Shown here: positions 60,595-64,000 of the stretch, piece after piece
Layout of the letters: the number at the start of each line of letters is the position of its first letter
Numbering within the stretch: the first letter of the stretch is position 1
Assembly (NCBI RefSeq): GCF_048593235.1
Contig: NC_133620.1
Coordinates: 451,203,261 to 451,267,260, forward strand
Source: Sminthopsis crassicaudata
Lineage: Eukaryota
DNA length: 64,000 nucleotides
Direction: 5' to 3'
Translations under genes and position numbers: made by a program
The notes under the pieces: model-generated
Told to the model about the DNA's origin: nothing
Database searches by the model: none
The model's input: only the letters and a program-made list of their open reading frames with translations

Positions 60595-61778
60595 AAAGAA
60601 TACAAATAAAATATTTACAGCAGCTCTTTTTGTGGTGGAAAATACTTGTAAATTAAAAGAATACTCATAAATTGGGAAATGACTAAACAAATTATGGTAT
60701 ACAATTGTGATGGAATACCATTACACTACATGAAATGACAAGCAGGATGGTCTCAGAAAAACCTGGGAAGACTTAGATGAATTGATGCTAAGTGAAGCGA
60801 GCAAAGTCAGATCATTGTACACAATAAGTAATATTGTATGATGATCAATAGTGAATGACACTATTCTTTTTTCTTCTTTTTTAATTAAAGCTTTTTATTT
60901 TCAAAACATATGCATGAATAATTTTTCAACACTGACCCTTGCAAAACTTTGTGTCCCAATTTCCTCCCCTTCCCCACCCCCTTTCCCTAGATGGCAAGCA
61001 ATCCAATATATATTAAATAAAAATATGTTAAATCTAATATATACATACATATTTGTGCAATTATCTTGCCTCACAAGAAAAATCAGGTCAAAGAGGAAAA
61101 AAATGAGAAAGAAAATAAAATGTAAGCAAACAACAACAACAAAAAGAATGAAAATGATATGTTGTGATCCACATAGCTCCCACAGTCCTCTCTTTGGGTG
61201 TAGAAGGCTCTCTTCACAAGACCACTGCAACTGGCCTAAATCATTTCATTGTTGAAAAGAGCCACGTATATCAGAGTTGATCATCCATCAAAGTTGATCT
61301 TTGTATAATCTTGTTGTTGCCCATATAAAATGATCTCCTGGTTCTGCTCATTTTACTTAGCATTGGTTCATGTAAAGACTTAGACATTCTTATCAATACA
61401 ATAATCCAAGATGATTCCAAAGGATTTATGATGAAAAATGCTATCCTCCTTCTGAGAAAGATCTGAGATCAAACCATATTTTTTAACACTATTTTTCTTG
61501 GTGTGTTTTTTTTTAGTCTGTTTTCTTTTGCAACATCACTAATATGGAAATATGTTTTGCAGAACTTTATAATCTATATCAAAGTGCTTACTTTCTCAAG
61601 GAAGGGGGAAGGAAAGGAAGAACAGAATTTGGAACTAAAAAATTATGTAAAATGAATGTTAAAATATATTTAACATATTTAACATGTATTGGACTATCTG
61701 GCATCTAGGGGAGGGAGGGAGGAGGGGAAAATTTGGAACAGAAGGTTTTGCAAGGGTCAGTGTTGAAAAATTACCTAT
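60595..61778. mobile_element. Older + strand L1 3' region (60595-60870, 61376-61778) interrupted by a - strand L1 3' fragment (~60875-61375)
   Basis: ACAGCAGCTCTTTTTGTGGTGG... ORF2 end on the + strand. An inverted L1 terminus (TTTTCAAAACATATGCATG...CCCTAGATGGCA) lies in between. Confidence 0.75.
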
Positions 61779-64000
61779 GGGGACTTCCAGCCAAGATGGC
61801 GGCATGGAGGCAGACAGCTGCTTGAGCTCCTCGTTTTCTCTCAGAACTTACTTCATGACAAGCCTCAGACTTAATGCTTGACCCAGAAAGAAATCCACAA
61901 ATAATCACCAAGAGAAGACATCCTTGAAAGTCGCCAGAAAAGGTCTGTGTTGGCTCGGGGGAGGGTCAATCAGACTGGGCGCAGACTGAGGGCAGGCAGC
62001 CAGAGCGAGACAGGCAGCTCACACAGCTCAGACCGGAGGGGGAGGGGTACGATCTCTGCCATTTCTGGGAAAAGACTTTTTCCCCAGTGTGGATACTCCA
62101 TCTTGGCAGCAAGCTAGGATCAGTGAAGAGGGTGTAAACACCGGAGGTGAAGATTAAAACCCCAGAAAGCCAGTGTCTCTCAGAAGCCGGCTACCCCCAA
62201 CCCCCACCTGGACTGATTCAGTGCGTTCTCAGAGCCTCAGAGCCGAAGACTCAGTACAGTCATTGCTGTTCTGTTAGTGGCTCTCTGCTGCCCTACCCCC
62301 AGTCTGTAGAGGAAGCCCGTTAATACCATCCAGCCCCAGCCCCCACAAAACAGACCAATTGTTTCTCTCGTCAATTTGTTTTCTTCGATTCCTACTCTGA
62401 CAAAATGAACAAAAAATTCAAAAGGGCTCTAACCATTGACAGCTTTTGTATGGAGAGAGAGCAGACTTCAAACAATGAGGAGACTAAAAATAGACTGTCC
62501 CCAGATGAATCCCCTAAGAGGGATATGAGCTGCTCCTCAATACAAAAGAATCTCCTAGAGGAAATCAAAAAGGCTCTCACAAGAGAGCTGGAAGAGAAAT
62601 GGGAAAAGGAAAGGGAAGCTTGGCAAGAGAGCCTGGAGAAGTCATCCCATGCATTCAAAGACAGAGTGGATAAAGAAATCAAATCATTGAGAAACAAGAT
62701 TAGTGAGCTGGAAAAGGTAAACAACTCCAAGGAAAACAGGATTAGTGAGCTGGAAAAAGAAAACAGCTCTCTAAAAAATAAAATGGATAAAATGGAAAAA
62801 ATTCCATAGAAGATAAAAACTCAATTGGACAATTACAAAGAGATATAAAAAAAAGTGAGTGAAGAAAATACATCATTGAAAATTAGACTGGAACAAGTAG
62901 AAATGAATGACTCAAGGAGAAACCAAGAGGTAGTCAAGCAAAACCAAAGAAATGAAACAATTGAAAAGAATGTCAAGTACCTTACTAGAAAGACAACAGA
63001 CCTGGAAAACAGATCCAGGAGAGACAATTTGAGAATAATCGGACTCCCTGAAAAATGTGAGGAAAAAAAGAGCTTGGACACCATTTTCGAGGAAATTATC
63101 AAAGAGAACTGCCCAGACGTTCTGGAAACAGAGGGTAAAATAGACATTGAAAAAATTCATCGATCACCTACTGAAAGGGACCCTAAAATCAAAACGCCAA
63201 GAAATATAGTGGCCAAGTTCAAGAACCATCAGACAAAGGAAAAGATATTGGAAGATGCTAGAAAAAAGCAATTCAGATATAGAGGATCCACAATAAGGAT
63301 AACCCAGGATCTAGCAGCGTCCACATTAAAAGAACGCAGGGCCTGGAACATGATATTCCGAAAGGCTAAGGAACTTGGTATACAGCCAAGAATAACTTAC
63401 CCAGCAAGAATGAGCATCGTTTTCCAGGGAAGAAGATGGACATTTAACGAAATAAATGAATTCCATCTATTTTCGATGAAAAAACCAGACCTACATAAAA
63501 GGTTTGATCTTCAAATACAGAACTCAAGAGATTTCTAAAAAGATAAAAAGAAATCTTGAGAACTATACTTCTGCCAAAAAAATATGTAAAGAACATATGT
63601 ACAATTTGTCTTAGAAACTAGAAGTGGAAAGGAAATTATATCATAAAAAAGTGTAAAGTGGTGGTACTACATCTCATGAAGAGGCAAAGGTAACCTATTA
63701 TATCTGAGAGAAAGAAAGGAGGGAGATGAACATAGTGTGTATCAATAGACATATTCGATTTATGGTGAAACTTCTTCCACTTCATTGAAAAGTGAAAGGG
63801 AAGGAGTAAGCTAAGGGGAAGGGAATACAGAAATTTTGAGGAAAAGGGGTAAAATAAGGGGAGGATCTTTAAGGTGGGGGAGGGATCCTAAAAAGGGAGG
63901 GCTGTGAAAAGCAAGTGGTGTTCACCAGTTTAATACTGGGTAGGGGGGTAAGAGGGAAGGAAAGGGGAAAAGCATAAGCAGGGGTTAGTAGGATGGCAAG
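61779..64000 (+). mobile_element. 5' end of a potentially full-length LINE-1 (5'UTR, ORF1, long inter-ORF spacer), running off the window edge
   Basis: Begins GGGGACTTCCAGCCAAGATGGCGG (YY1-type motif). ~625-nt 5'UTR, then ORF1. Confidence 0.92.
62405..63538 (+). pseudogene. L1 ORF1p (coiled coil, RRM, CTD), interrupted by compensating -1/+1 homopolymer indels
   Basis: ORFs 62405-62809 and 62855-63538 are in the same frame. Motifs DLENRSRRDNLRIIGLPE, EIIKENCPD, IEKIHR, PRNIVAKF, IRITQDLA, YPARMSI. Confidence 0.9.

Overview
Mammalian genomic DNA from a marsupial. The CORE-SINE, RTE-tailed SINE and L1 repertoire suggests an Australian, probably dasyurid-like species; that assignment is inference. 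The window holds the conserved vertebrate gene block TMEM97(+), IFT20(-), TNFAIP1(+), POLDIP2(-), TMEM199/VMA12(+), SEBOX(-), VTN(-). All 41 coding exons could be reconstructed by hand with GT-AG junctions and consistent phases, and all seven reading frames are intact. There are three CpG-island promoters, two of them bidirectional. The remaining sequence has many retroposons (tRNA-derived CORE-SINEs with TSDs, MIR, L2, an RTE/BovB-like fragment, L1 3' ends), one 132-N gap, and the 5' end of a young-looking L1 at the right edge. The most unusual observations are: a 10x46-bp minisatellite that multiplies the TMEM199 exon-2 splice donor; a perfect 44-bp inverted repeat upstream of VTN; an L1 3' transduction in a four-layer nest in VTN intron 2; an L1 ORF1 broken only by two compensating homopolymer indels; and an Arg-His-Ser repeat in the vitronectin heparin-binding region. 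No wholly new gene system is supported.
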